Assembly (NCBI RefSeq): GCF_000315625.1
Contig: NW_005434670.1
Span: 268,237-332,236, forward strand
Length of the DNA: 64,000 bases
Direction: 5' to 3'
DNA from: Guillardia theta CCMP2712
Lineage: Eukaryota; Protista; Cryptophyta
This document shows, piece by piece, positions 11,401 to 22,909 of this stretch. The notes beneath the pieces are model-generated. The model worked only from the letters and a program-made list of their open reading frames with translations, had not been told where the DNA came from and made no database searches. The position numbers and the translations under genes were made by a program. Position 1 is the stretch's first letter; every line of letters starts with the position of its first letter.

Positions 11401-14400
11401 TCCTCTCTCCTCTCTCCTCTCTCCTCTCTCCTCTCTCCTCTCTCCTCTCTCCTCTCTCCTCTCTCCTCTCTCCTCTCTCCTCCTCCTCGCATGTCTCACC
11501 CTCCTGCTTCTCCTTANNNNNNNNNNNNNNNNNNNNNNNNNNNNNNNNNNNNNNNNNNNNNNNNNNNNNNNNNNNNNNNNNNNNNNNNNNNNNNNNNNNN
11601 NNNNNNNNNNNNNNNNCCTCTCTCCTCCTCCTCGCATGTCTCACCCTCCTGCTTCTCCTTATTCCAATGCTTCAGGTCGCCAATGTGCGCCAAGAAATCT
11701 CCCGAGTCAACGACGCCAAGGAGGAGGAGGCTCTGCAGATAAAGAGTTTGTGCTTTGATGCCATGGAGGTCTTTTACAAGCCTTTTCCTCTCCTCTCTTC
11801 ACCTGCCTCTCCTTTGCCATCTGCTCCTCTTCCCCTTCCTCTTTCAGACGTTTTGCCCCTCTTCTCCTCCCTCTTCTCCTCCCTCTCCTCCTCCCTCTCC
11901 TCCCCCTTCCCCCCATCTCTCCTGTGCTGCTTGGCTGGTTCCCTTCAAACCCACAAATCCCCTTCCTGGTTTCCTCCTTGTCTTTCCCCTCTCCTTGTCT
12001 CCCGTCTTTCTTCCGCTGCTCCTCCTCTCCTCCTCTTCTCCTCTTCTCGTCTTCCTCCTTCTGCTCTCTTCGTCTTCTTCTTACTTCTCGTCTCCAGGTC
12101 ACTCAACTTGTTGTCGTTCCTCTCGGCAAGGGATCAGAACGTCTTTACAGTTTTCCGTTGAAGAAGCAGGTGAATTGGAGGAGGAGGAGGAAGGAGGGAG
12201 GACGGTGAGGGGAGGGAGGAGTAACTAATCTGCGCACAGACGGAAGAAGAGCTGAAGGCATTCGAGAGAGTTACGATGATGAGAAAGATTGAGATGAGAG
12301 AAAATGAACTTCGGGTAGGAATGTTGGCAATGATGATGATGATGATGATGATGACGATGACGATGACGATGAATGGAAGGTTTGAAGTTTGAATGAGATG
12401 AGATGTGTGGAATGCACTCATGACATTGTATTGACGAGAGTTTTTGAAGGCTCCTCACAATTTGCCTTGCGATGTTCCGTCAAACGACCTGGTGAGTTCA
12501 ATGAGAGAGGAGAGCGAAGTGGAAGCTGCTGCGTTAGGAGAATGGCAGTAGAGGAGGGAGCAAAGGTAGCCGGAGGGAGGCAGAGTGGGAGAGGGGAGAA
12601 GAGGAGGTGGAAGGGGGCTAGTGGAAGGGCCAGGGCCAGGGCGAAAGCTGCTGTTCAGAGGATAGATGAGGGTATTTTATTGGGGAGGGGGGGGCGGAGG
12701 AGGGAGGGAGGGAGGAGGAGGAGGAGGAGGAGGAGGAGGAGGAGGAGGAAGAGGAGGAGGAAGTGATGGGCAATTGCAGGTGCTGTCGATGAGTCAGTTC
12801 AAGGATCATCTTGCCGCACGCGGGCAGAAGTTGAGGGGCGGGGAGACGGATGAGAAACAAGATGGGGAGGGAGGGGAGGAGCAGGAGGAGCAGGAAGAGG
12901 ATAAAGAAGTNNNNNNNNNNNNNNNNNNNNNNNNNNNNNNNNNNNNNNNNNNNNNNNNNNNNNNNNNNNNNNNNNNNNNNNNNNNNNNNNNNNNNNNNNN
13001 NNNNNNNNNNNNNNNNNNNNNNNNNNNNNNNNNNNNNNNNNNNNNNNNNNNNNNNNNNNNNNNNNNNNNNNNNNNNNNNNNNNNNNNNNNNNNNNNNNNN
13101 NNNNNNNNNNNNNNNNNNNNNNNNNNNNNNNNNNNNNNNNNNNNNNNNNNNNNNNNNNNNNNNNNNNNNNNNNNNNNNNNNNNNNNNNNNNNNNNNNNNN
13201 NNNNNNNNNNNNNNNNNNNNNNNNNNNNNNNNNNNNNNNNNNNNNNNNNNNNNNNNNNNNNNNNNNNNNNNNNNNNNNNNNNNNNNNNNNNNNNNNNNNN
13301 NNNNNNNNNNNNNNNNNNNNNNNNNNNNNNNNNNNNNNNNNNNNNNNNNNNNNNNNNNNNNNNNNNNNNNNNNNNNNNNNNNNNNNNNNNNNNNNNNNNN
13401 NNNNNNNNNNNNNNNNNNNNNNNNNNNNNNNNNNNNNNNNNNNNNNNNNNNNNNNNNNNNNNNNNNNNNNNNNNNNNNNNNNNNNNNNNNNNNNNNNNNN
13501 NNNNNNNNNNNNNNNNNNNNNNNNNNNNNNNNNNNNNNNNNNNNNNNNNNNNNNNNNNNNNNNNNNNNNNNNNNNNNNNNNNNNNNNNNNNNNNNNNNNN
13601 NNNNNNNNNNNNNNNNNNNNNNNNNNNNNNNNNNNNNNNNNNNNNNNNNNNNNNNNNNNNNCAGTATCCTCATCCTCTCCTCCTCCTCCTCAACCACACC
13701 ACTCTCCTCCTCTCTTCCTCCTCCTCCTTCTTCCTTCTTCCCCTTTCTCCTCTCTCTCCTCCTCTCCTCTCCTCCTCCTCCCTTTGCTCTCCTCCTCCTC
13801 CCTTTGCTCTCCTCCCTCTCCCTCATTTCTCCTACCTCCCCTCTCTTCCCTTTCTTCCCTGCCCCCTCCATGTTTCCATCTCTCCCTGTTGTCCGTCTTT
13901 CCTCGTTCTCATCCTCCGAGCAGGCAGAGAAGTATCTCAGTGCAGCAGAAAAAGCTGCCAGAGAGAAGCAGAAGGTGAAGCAAGAGAAGGAGGAGGAGGA
14001 GGAGGAGGAGGAGGATGACGGACGGAGCAGGAGGAGGAGGAGGCAAGGAAAGCTGCATCAGCCAAGGACGACGGAGTCGCTAGAGCCCTGCAGGAGATGA
14101 TGTACGGGACCTTGGAGGTGCCAAAGAAGGAGAAAGAGATTCAGATAGAGAAGCCGTCCTTCTACGATTTCCCTCCAGACACTCTCACTGATGAGCAGGT
14201 AAACCCTGAGCCTGCTGTGAATTTCGGTGATGGATATCACGGGCGTGTTGGGGCTGCTTGTTGCGATAATTAGACCGATTATCATCGCTCTTGATTCCTG
14301 CCTTGTTGTTTGATGGCTGTTGAGAAGAGGAGTAGGAGCAGAAGCAGGAGCAGGAGCAGGAGCAGCAAGATCTGGTGGTGGTTGTGGAGGAGGAGGAGGA

Positions 14401-15943
14401 GGAGGAGGAGGCATACTGATCGTGCTGCCTACAGGTCAAGTTGATCAAGGAGTATGACAAACAAGTCCAGCTAATGGAGGAGGAGAAGGAGAAGCTCAGG
14501 AAGACGCTGGAGGCAGAGGCGAAGAAGATCCGAGGAGAGATCCAGGGAGTCATCGACGCATTCAACCACAGGCTGACGTCGCACATCGAGTTCAGGAGGC
14601 AGCACAACTCGAGGATCCTCGAAGTCGAGCTGGAGGTTTCGCTGCTGCTGGACTCGATCGTGAAGGAGGAGGACTACAAGATGCACTTCGACCGCCTCAC
14701 GCGCAAGGTCGACACGACCTACCTCGACTACACGGGCTCGACCTCGGCGATGAAGGAGTTCAGGAGGGAGCTGGAGCAATTCCGGGAGGAGTACGAGACG
14801 CTGCTCAACGAGGACAAGAGCGTGGAAAAGACTTTCAAGAAAGAGTTCGTCGACAGCCCCTTCGTAGACGAGCTCACGAAGCTCTTCAAGAAGCGCAAGC
14901 AGCAGGAGGCGGAGGCTGAAGGCAGGGCGCTGACCCTGGACCCCTTCGCCGGCAAGGAGACGGGTAGGGAGGGGGCGCGGCCGGAGCCGATGAGCATGGA
15001 CGAGCTGCCAGACGGGCTATCGCGGGAGCAGGGGGAGAGGTTCCTGGAGCTGAGGGGGAGCAAGATGGAGCTGGAGATGGCGGTGAAGAGCAACGCAAAG
15101 AAACTGCTGGCGATGAATCAGCACATGTCCGAGCTGAAGATGCTGCAGGCGGAGGCCTTCCAGCACTATGAGAATGCCAAGGAAGCGCTCAAGACCCTTC
15201 AGGACGAGCATCTCATGGACGTGTTCAACCTGTACATGCTCGTCAAGCTCAAGCAGGGGCAGGTGGAGCTGGATGGGGAGAGCATGCACGACGCGGGCAA
15301 CGACGCCGCCATGATCGAGCGGGAGGCAACAGAGCGGCTGAACTCGCTGATCAAGACTTTAGGGCAAGAGAAGATCTCTCTCATGATAGAGACCAAAGAC
15401 TTCAGGAAGAAAATCCACCTGCTGGACTGGACGAACCAATCCCTCCAGTTCCAGGCAGAGGAGGTGGCAGAAAACACGAGGTACTTCCAGCTGGTGTGGG
15501 TAACCAAGGAGCTCCAGTCCGTCATCAAGGGAGGGGTTGATCACCTCAAGTCAGCAGAGATCGCGACGCTCGAGAAGCAGCTCGAGCATAACAAGCACCT
15601 CCATGATGTCAAAGTGCAGGAGATGAAGCAACGGCTCTTCAGAGCTCACAAGCAGATCAGGGAGAAGGAGCTGGAGAACAGCAAGCTCCTCGAGTACGTG
15701 CAAGACCTTGCCGTCTCCGTCGCGCAGAGAGAGAAGATCATGAAGGTGAGGCAGTCGGAAGCAGAGTCGCTGGACGACAAGGAGTACAAGATGCAGGAGG
15801 TGATATGGAGGAGGCTTGTGCTGGAGGAAGCAAGGCAGCAGTCGGAGGACATCGCGGTGTTGAAGGCGGAGGTGGACAGGCTCCGTCAGAGAACTTTCCC
15901 GTCGTTTGCTAAGAGTTATGCGATGCAGAACGCGAGGAGGTGA
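8475..15943 (+). CDS. CFAP43: Cilia- and flagella-associated protein 43 (WDR96): WD40 propellers plus long coiled coil; multi-exon, spans two assembly gaps
   Basis: WD40 exons (IAYAER...PRIFV, IMLWDWRK, VSFDP, FFSGGHDS). The final 1.5-kb exon is a coiled coil with LKQGQVE, KDFRKKIHLLDW and the typical ending QSEDIAVLKAEVDRLRQRTFPSF. Confidence 0.88.
11517..11616. other. Assembly gap (100 N) in a CT-rich CFAP43 intron
   Basis: Run of N next to a (CTCTCTC/CTCCT)n microsatellite at ~11380-11490. Confidence 0.99.
12329..12372. repeat. (GAT/GAC)n intronic microsatellite
   Basis: aatgatgatgatgatgatgatgatgacgatgacgatgacgatga. Confidence 0.9.
12911..13661. other. Assembly gap (751 N) within CFAP43
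   Basis: Run of N flanked by (GGA)n at ~12705-12762 and CCT-rich low-complexity sequence. Confidence 0.99.
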
Positions 15944-16273
15944 GAGAGGAATCAGCATCAAGGTCCTCCACCAGATGATAAACGATTGTATGACATGTCA
16001 AACAACTTTCTCCGATACACCCAGAGAGCGGCTGCCGGGTCACAACAAGATAGAAAACAACAAGATAGAAGATAACAAGATAGAATATGCATCATTTATT
16101 TACAAAAGTGTGCCTTGCTCTATCTATCTCTCTCCGTCTTTGCTCTCCACTCCCATGAGCTCCCCCTCTCCTCATCCACCTGCAGCTTATCGCATCCTCC
16201 CCTTTGACCGTCTTGCCCGCCCCTGATGATGGAGCATAGCTCCTTCTTCTCGGTCCCTCAGCTCTTGCCCTGC

Positions 16274-16522
16274 ATCGCTCGCCCTCGCTCATCCGCCGTC
16301 TTGGCGCTGCCTCCTTGCCAGCACACGCAAGCTCTCCCCTCGCTTCCTCCCTGCCTCCATGGGCTCGCTCCCACTCTCGCACGAACGACATGTCGTCCTT
16401 GGAGGATGGCAGGGGGTAAAAGGCATACGGCAGCGTGGAAGGGGAGGACACGGGGCAGGGGGAGGGGGAGATTCCGAACATCTGGAGGAAGGTGTGGAGG
16501 GGGGTAGGCTCAGGAGGATCGA
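16274..16522. repeat. 249-bp direct repeat, copy 1 (copy 2 at 19183-19431)
   Basis: Identical apart from one substitution seen (cacggggc/cacagggc); offset 2909 bp; encodes the shared N-terminus of minus-strand ORFs 16092-16550 and 19004-19483. Confidence 0.95.
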
Positions 16523-19182
16523 ACAACCACGTAGCTTGTGAGACCGTCATTTGAGTTCTCTGTTCAGTTGACTTCCGTAATCAGCGATGTTTGACTTGTG
16601 TCCTTCTTCTTTGGTATCTCCTCTCGACCTCTCTCGTGTGTCTGTCGCTGCGCGCTCCTCTTCTAGTCTCCTCTGCCTTCTTGATTTGCCAGTCGCTCCC
16701 TTCGTTGCTGTTTACCTGTTTCTCTTTGAATCTTTACCACATCCAAAAGGTCAGCGGAAACTCTGTAGTAAATACCTTCGAAACATGGATACCACCCCCT
16801 CAACCACCACCTCTACCCCTATCGCTCTTTGGCTCTACCCACTAAAGCTTTTATCACCCCACCCTACTTATTCTACTTGTTGTCATGTCTACACACGGGG
16901 TTGCCTGACATGAATATGACAGGTACGTAAATCCAGTTAGAGCCTTCTTGTACCCCCACCCCCTTCCTATCGTACCCCCACCCTACCATATTAGTACAAT
17001 CTCAGCCTTGTCCCCCTGTTTTTTAGCACCCTGTTCATTGAACCCCCTTGTTTCATATTCAAAGTACCCACCCCATGCTAGGACCTCTTGACGTGTTCCC
17101 AGTAAAGTCATCGACTATCATGCACACGTTGTCTTCTTACTTCAAATCTTGTTGAATATTGATGAAATCTGCCTCAGAGTTTTGAAACATTCAACGACAC
17201 TTGAAATCAATTTTCGGTCAGGGTGAGCCTCCGGAATTTACGCGACTCGCCTCTAACTAGTACTGGTAAACAGTCGGGGCGGCAGGCAATTCGGAAGTTT
17301 TTAGTTACTCGAAGTTACCGTCGGGTTCCGTCCGATCGGCGGCGGGCGGAAGACGGCTCGGACTCCGGGAGGCGGAGGCTTCAAGGCTTTACATTTGCCG
17401 GGAACTTGGCAGTCACTGGCAACTCAGAGAGCCGGCGGGTCCTTGCCGTCGGATGCGGCCGCCCGCGGCCTCCGAGCGGGGGTGGGGCTCCGGGCCGCGT
17501 AATCCCGGCGCGGCGGCCGGGGCCCGGGTACCGTCACGGTGTACGGTACGGGCTAGTACGGAGTACTACGATGACTGAGGCTCCGAGCGCGGGAGTCGGG
17601 TCTCAGCGCCGTTGCCAATACCGTGGGCCGGCGGGGCCGAACCGTTCGACCGGCCCGGGTCTGTCCGACTGACGGCGGACTCCGGGAGTCACCACTCCGA
17701 CTCAGTGGTGGGCCGCAGGCCGCAGCCTGAGTGGCAGGCCCCAGGCTCCGACCCGGGGATCATCGGCCGATGGGCCAGTGCCATGCGGCACACGCGCCGC
17801 AGCGCCCGGCCCTCAGCCACGGTGTTGCCCTCGTGACCCGGTGCCGTACTACAGACCTCACAACCCCCTCCTTCTCCTGCCGTAGTACCGTACCGCTACC
17901 TGTCGACACCTGTGATACCAGTAAAGTCATCGACAGTCATCTCCTTTCATGTTCATGGAACCGTTGCGGTTCTGCCAGCCATCATGTCATGCTAGCTTTA
18001 TCTCGTCAGCCGCTGGCCCTGTTTTGACCCCGGTTTGCCCCCCGCATCTCATCGCTGTTTTTACCTGCCTTGCTCTGTCGGCGGTTGTCCTCGCCTGTCT
18101 CACTTACCATCCCCCTGCCACTCTCTCTCTTCTTCAAGACTACTGCTGCTGCTGGAGCAGAGTTTTGGAGCACCAACCCTCAGATACGCTGGAAAAAGCT
18201 TGCAATGTATCTTTCCAGTACCAAACGCATTCTCCCTTCCACGCCCTCAGTAATGAAGCAGTTAGAGGCATTGGAAGCCTCCATCAGGATGATTAAGGAG
18301 GGCAAGACTTTGATCGGGGCGACAGGAGACCTTCTGTACTTAAAGAGCGTCGATTCTTGAATGCATGCGGAAATTCTTTGGAAAGTTGTATTAGGCTAAA
18401 CACAGTGATTTCCTGAACCATGCCGATGGTAGATGATTCAAATTATCATCATGCTGATAGGAGGAAGCCGGACGCTATGTTGAGAAGAAGAAATGAGACC
18501 TGTTTGGTAATACCTGTTTCCTTGTACTATACATGTAATTTACAATGAATCTTTCGGTAAAACAACCATATCGTTCGATACAACTTACAGCAACTTCCTG
18601 CCACAGTCAGTGGTGCATCTCGTCAGTGGTGCATCTCAAGCAAACGAATAAAGAACGAGGTCTAGTGTGTCCGTCATCGAAAAATCAACTTGAGGTGCAT
18701 CTATTCAACAGTTGAACATAGAGATGTAACTTTCTCCTCTCGCAATAAATGTGCTTTGGCGTGTCAATCGTTGGGATCATAATCTCGTGTTTCTCACAAC
18801 ACAATTTTGTCAGTGCGATGTTGTTTCGAAACAACGATCAAGCATATCTTGAAGCAAATACACCTGGAGCTGTGAAACTAGAGCCTCAACACGTATCTGC
18901 TGCTTTAAACCCCCAAGTCGAGGACTTCCCACACGTTGCATGCATCAGAACTCTCATCACAGCATTGGCGACTGATGACAGTTTGCACGGTCTTTATTTA
19001 CATCTAATCGTTACCTTCACTTCTCCTATCCCGAAACTTGTATACACACAGCGTGAGCTTGCAGACTTGTGTCTTTCTGTGAGCAACGTCTTCCTTGTCC
19101 CCTGCGATCATCGTGTAGCCTCCCTTTTGTGCTTCCTCGCTCCTTCCTCCACCTCTGTGAGTCGCCCTGTGCTCTGGTCCGT

Positions 19183-19431
19183 ATCGCTCGCCCTCGCTCA
19201 TCCGCCGTCTTGGCGCTGCCTCCTTGCCAGCACACGCAAGCTCTCCCCTCGCTTCCTCCCTGCCTCCATGGGCTCGCTCCCACTCTCGCACGAACGACAT
19301 GTCGTCCTTGGAGGATGGCAGGGGGTAAAAGGCATACGGCAGCGTGGAAGGGGAGGACACAGGGCAGGGGGAGGGGGAGATTCCGAACATCTGGAGGAAG
19401 GTGTGGAGGGGGGTAGGCTCAGGAGGATCGA
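19183..19431. repeat. 249-bp direct repeat, copy 2
   Basis: Matches 16274-16522. Confidence 0.95.
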
Positions 19432-20163
19432 GCCGCACGTCAGCTACAGGGTCCATCATGGTGGTTGGGCCAGGTTTCCTCACGCGCGTTACTCCTGCAG
19501 GTTATAATACGCGCAAGGGGCCTCACCCGAGCCTGCCACGGACCGCTGTTTGAAGATACATCGTTTCAGGTAGAAGTCTTAATTGAGTCCTCGTTTGGTC
19601 ACGAGGGTGCGTGGACAAGGTAACGTGATAATTCAAGTTGCGGCGTGACGGTGACGGTGAGTGCTGTTCCGAACCATGACACTACAGTGTGACATCTCTG
19701 AGCACATGATCGGACTTCAGCTCGGAACGGCCGCGGGCGTGCCACCGGGTGGCCGTTGAAAAAACCCGGGCCCTCAGGCGACTGAGTCCCCGACGGTCAC
19801 CGTTGAACTCAGTACGGTCCGGGCGGCACGGCCCTGACCAACTTGACGAAAGCGGCCGTCCGATCGAGTTCAAGCCCCAAGTCACTCAAGTTTCACGGTT
19901 TCGACACTGCTACTCGCACCACTAAAGAGACTTTGAAAGTTACTCGCCGGGCCGCGCGCCCGCACGGCGGCACCGCCGGGCCGTCCGCACAGCGGCGGGG
20001 CCGTCTGCACTGAGCTGAGTCACTCTCGGCTCGGAGGCCCTCCGACCTCAGAGCTCGCCGGGCCCGGGGGCCCTGCGGGCCCCGGCAGCGCGGCCGCCCC
20101 GGCCCGGGCCAATAAAAATTTGCGGCGCACGGTTGAAGGAAGAAGTTTACTCAAAGAAGTGGG

Positions 20164-21001
20164 GTGACGGGTGACTGGGGAAGATGAAGCCATGGCTGAT
20201 TGCGGGGATGCTGGTGGTAGCGGCTGCCATGTTGGGGACGATGTGGAGCTTGAGAGAGTCAGGGGTGAAGTTCGAGCATGCCATGAGTGAACTTCTCGCG
20301 GTGAGGAGAGCACTGCAGACGGAGAAGATAAGAAAGTGGGCCGACATGAGGGGAATGCGATGGGTGGAGGATGCTTCCAAGTTCGTGGAGAACATAGGAG
20401 AGCCAGAGTATGGCAGCGGATCGAGCGAGGATGTTTGTGATCTGAACAAAGACATTTCGTCTCCCGAACGAGCAAGAAAATGGAGAAACTTTTGGTCTGC
20501 AAAGTATGGCACAGCACACAACACGTTCATAGATTGGTCTGGCACCTTGAAGACAAAAGTTCCGGAACCCAAGTGGGTAACGACGCTTCGAAGAACACAG
20601 GATAAGATATGCAGGTGGAGAAAGCTGTAGTTGTCTTTCTTCAACAGTTGAGAACCTGTGACTGTGGGCTTGTATACACAGGAATCCATTTGTCATGCAC
20701 AAACCGGCGTGCAAGGAGTGGTGAGGAGATCGATTGTGAGCTTGTTTTGGAGGTCTCAGAGGATTGATCAGGTGGAACACAAGATGTGGTGTACCGACAC
20801 CGTGAGTTTCTTTGGCTCCTCCTCTCCTCGAGCACACGGTGAATTTCTTTCAGATGCGACACAGCGAGTGAGAGCATGTCGGGGCTTCCTTCGCAGGCAA
20901 GTCAATCTTGCTTGGTAGATGATTGTCTGGACTGACGATGATTCGTTCTTGCCCTTGCCCTTGTTGTTCAACAGGGATTCTTTCATGAAATTGGTATCTA
21001 G
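20164..21001 (+). CDS. Hypothetical secreted or membrane-anchored protein, 5 exons
   Basis: MKPWLIAGMLVVAAAMLGTMWS leader; splicing gives ...QDKICRNPFVMHKPACKEWWNTRCGVPTPCDTASESMSGLPSQGFFHEIGI*; the last intron (20897-20974) is GC-AG. Confidence 0.65.
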
Positions 21002-21398
21002 GGAATGATTGTGTTTTCTTTCTCTTTCACCTCACACTCGTGTGGTTTTTCTCCCCCACCCCCCTTAAATCAGATCATAGCTTTCTTGTACCCTACACTG
21101 ATGAACATGCAGTTAAAAGACTTTTCCCTTGACTTCTCCTCCTCCTCCTCCTCCTCCTCCTCCTCCCTCTCCCTCCTTGTAATCGTCTTTGTCGTCACCA
21201 TCTTCACTTCATCATCTGTTCGACAGAAGATGGTCCGCAGCAAGCTCCACGTTGTTGTCATACCTTAACCATATCCGGGTCATATGACTGGTCTGCTCTC
21301 ACCTCAACAGAATTTCTCACCTCAATAGAGCCTGTTCTGCATCCCTCCGATCGAAACCAAGTGCCTTCATTCACACCACCGTCATCTCAGACCAGAAA

Positions 21399-21555
21399 AA
21401 CATTCATCTCAATATCAAGCACCATTCATAACATTCTCCTCAATATCAAACACCATTCATAACATTCATCTCACATCCAACACCAATCGTAACATTCATC
21501 TTATAGCAGACACAATCATCGTAACATTCATCTCGTATCAAACAAGACATTCATG
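21399..21555. repeat. Degenerate ~31-bp minisatellite, ~5 copies
   Basis: Units start at 21399, 21430, 21461, 21491 and 21523; consensus about AACATTCATCTCAATATCAAACACCATTCAT. Confidence 0.85.
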
Positions 21556-22909
21556 CAATCTCACCATCAAAGTCTCCATAGCTTGAGAATCCACTCGGTT
21601 GCCCTCTGATAGCACAGACCTGTCAAACCGGCTCTTCCCTCCCTCCACACCTTCAGAGCTCACCATTCACCGGAGCTTCTTCGATCTCGTCCAGCCCGCC
21701 ATGCTGCATGCTCGGAGGGGCCCACCGGTCTCTTGTCCCCTGCTCCATCCCCTCAGAACAAATTCCGCGCTCCCCCCTCCTCCACTTCCTCACCGCAGAT
21801 CGATCGAGCGGCTCCTCCTCCGCATCCTGCCTATGTTCATGTCGAGGGAGGTCCAGGGGGCTCGCCATGCTGCCAAGTCTCAACTGCATGCTTGTGGAAG
21901 GAGAGAATTTCACCTCCTCTGCTGCAACTGCCTTTGCCTTCTCTCCCTCCAGGACCCTGCCCCTCCCACTTGCGGATGACTAGCGACTGGATTGCGCTGG
22001 GAGCGAAGAGGATCAGAGAGCATAGGAGGGGATGAGGAGGAGTAGAGGGAACCAGAGGCTCCAAGAGTGGGAGGAAGACCACTCTCACATATCTGATGAT
22101 TACTGGATGAGTCCTGCGAGATCTCTTAGCTAAATCAAGCAAGGTGAGAGTGAGGCAAAAATGGCGAGACAGGGAGACTGGAGGCTGAGAAAGAGATGGA
22201 GAGGAGGGAGAGTTGAAAGAAAGGACAGGGATTGTGGTATGACAAAGGAGATGGTGAACAAACCTCCATCTTCGTAGGCCAAACTCCTCTCTGCTGTACA
22301 ACCATCCTGCTATCTGTGACAAGGTCATTCCTCATCCCTTCTCTGCCCTCCTTCTCGCTCACAATCCCTGTCACTGACGCTGCCAACGTTCCAGGGACGC
22401 GGAAAAGCTGACAATGCACTAGTCACCAAGGATAGAGAGCGGGAGGGAGGGAGGGAGGGAGGAGAGGAGAGAACGGGAGCGACGGGAGTGAGGGGCAACA
22501 GGAGCGATTAGGAGGAAATCAACCAGTAGATGCAGGGCCACTAGGTATGTGAGTGATTTGTCCGACAACCGAAACCCCATGATCTGCAACCAGGTCAGAG
22601 GATGATGGGGGGGAGCAGAGTTTACATCAAAGCTTGTCACTGATGGGATCTCATGGTAAAATTGGACCAAAGTTGCAAACTGGGCACGGGAAACTTCATG
22701 TCAGACGTTGAAAACATTCCAGTTGTTCTGCCATGCAATCGTTACGCCTTCAGGTTCTTACCAGAATCCCGTATGGTCCGCAAGCAACTTCCTGCAAAGA
22801 ATCTTTTTACTTGTACATCAAAGTGCAAAATGAGAGGAAACCTGCAGGAAACCATCTCTTCCCAATACAACCAAGGCGATAGAGAGGAGGCTACTTATCT
22901 TGATCGATA

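Noticed and set aside
11485-11661. Duplicated ctcgcatgtctcaccctcctgcttctcctta either side of the 100-N gap
   Set aside because: Most likely overlapping contig ends (scaffolding artefact).
12618-14100. Long ORFs of 416-450 aa
   Set aside because: They are made of N-gap and microsatellite translation.
17949-19000. Possible plus-strand gene fragments
   Set aside because: No consistent spliced frame without stops and no recognisable domain; possibly a relic.
16274-19431. LTR retrotransposon or TRIM reading of the 249-bp direct repeats
   Set aside because: No TG...CA termini, PBS, target-site duplication or gag/pol remnants seen, and homology extends weakly beyond the repeat edges.
21399-21555. 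Regularly spaced AACATTCATC motif resembling a CRISPR array
   Set aside because: The intervening sequences are related to each other and short, the period is ~31 bp, there are no cas genes and the context is eukaryotic: a minisatellite.
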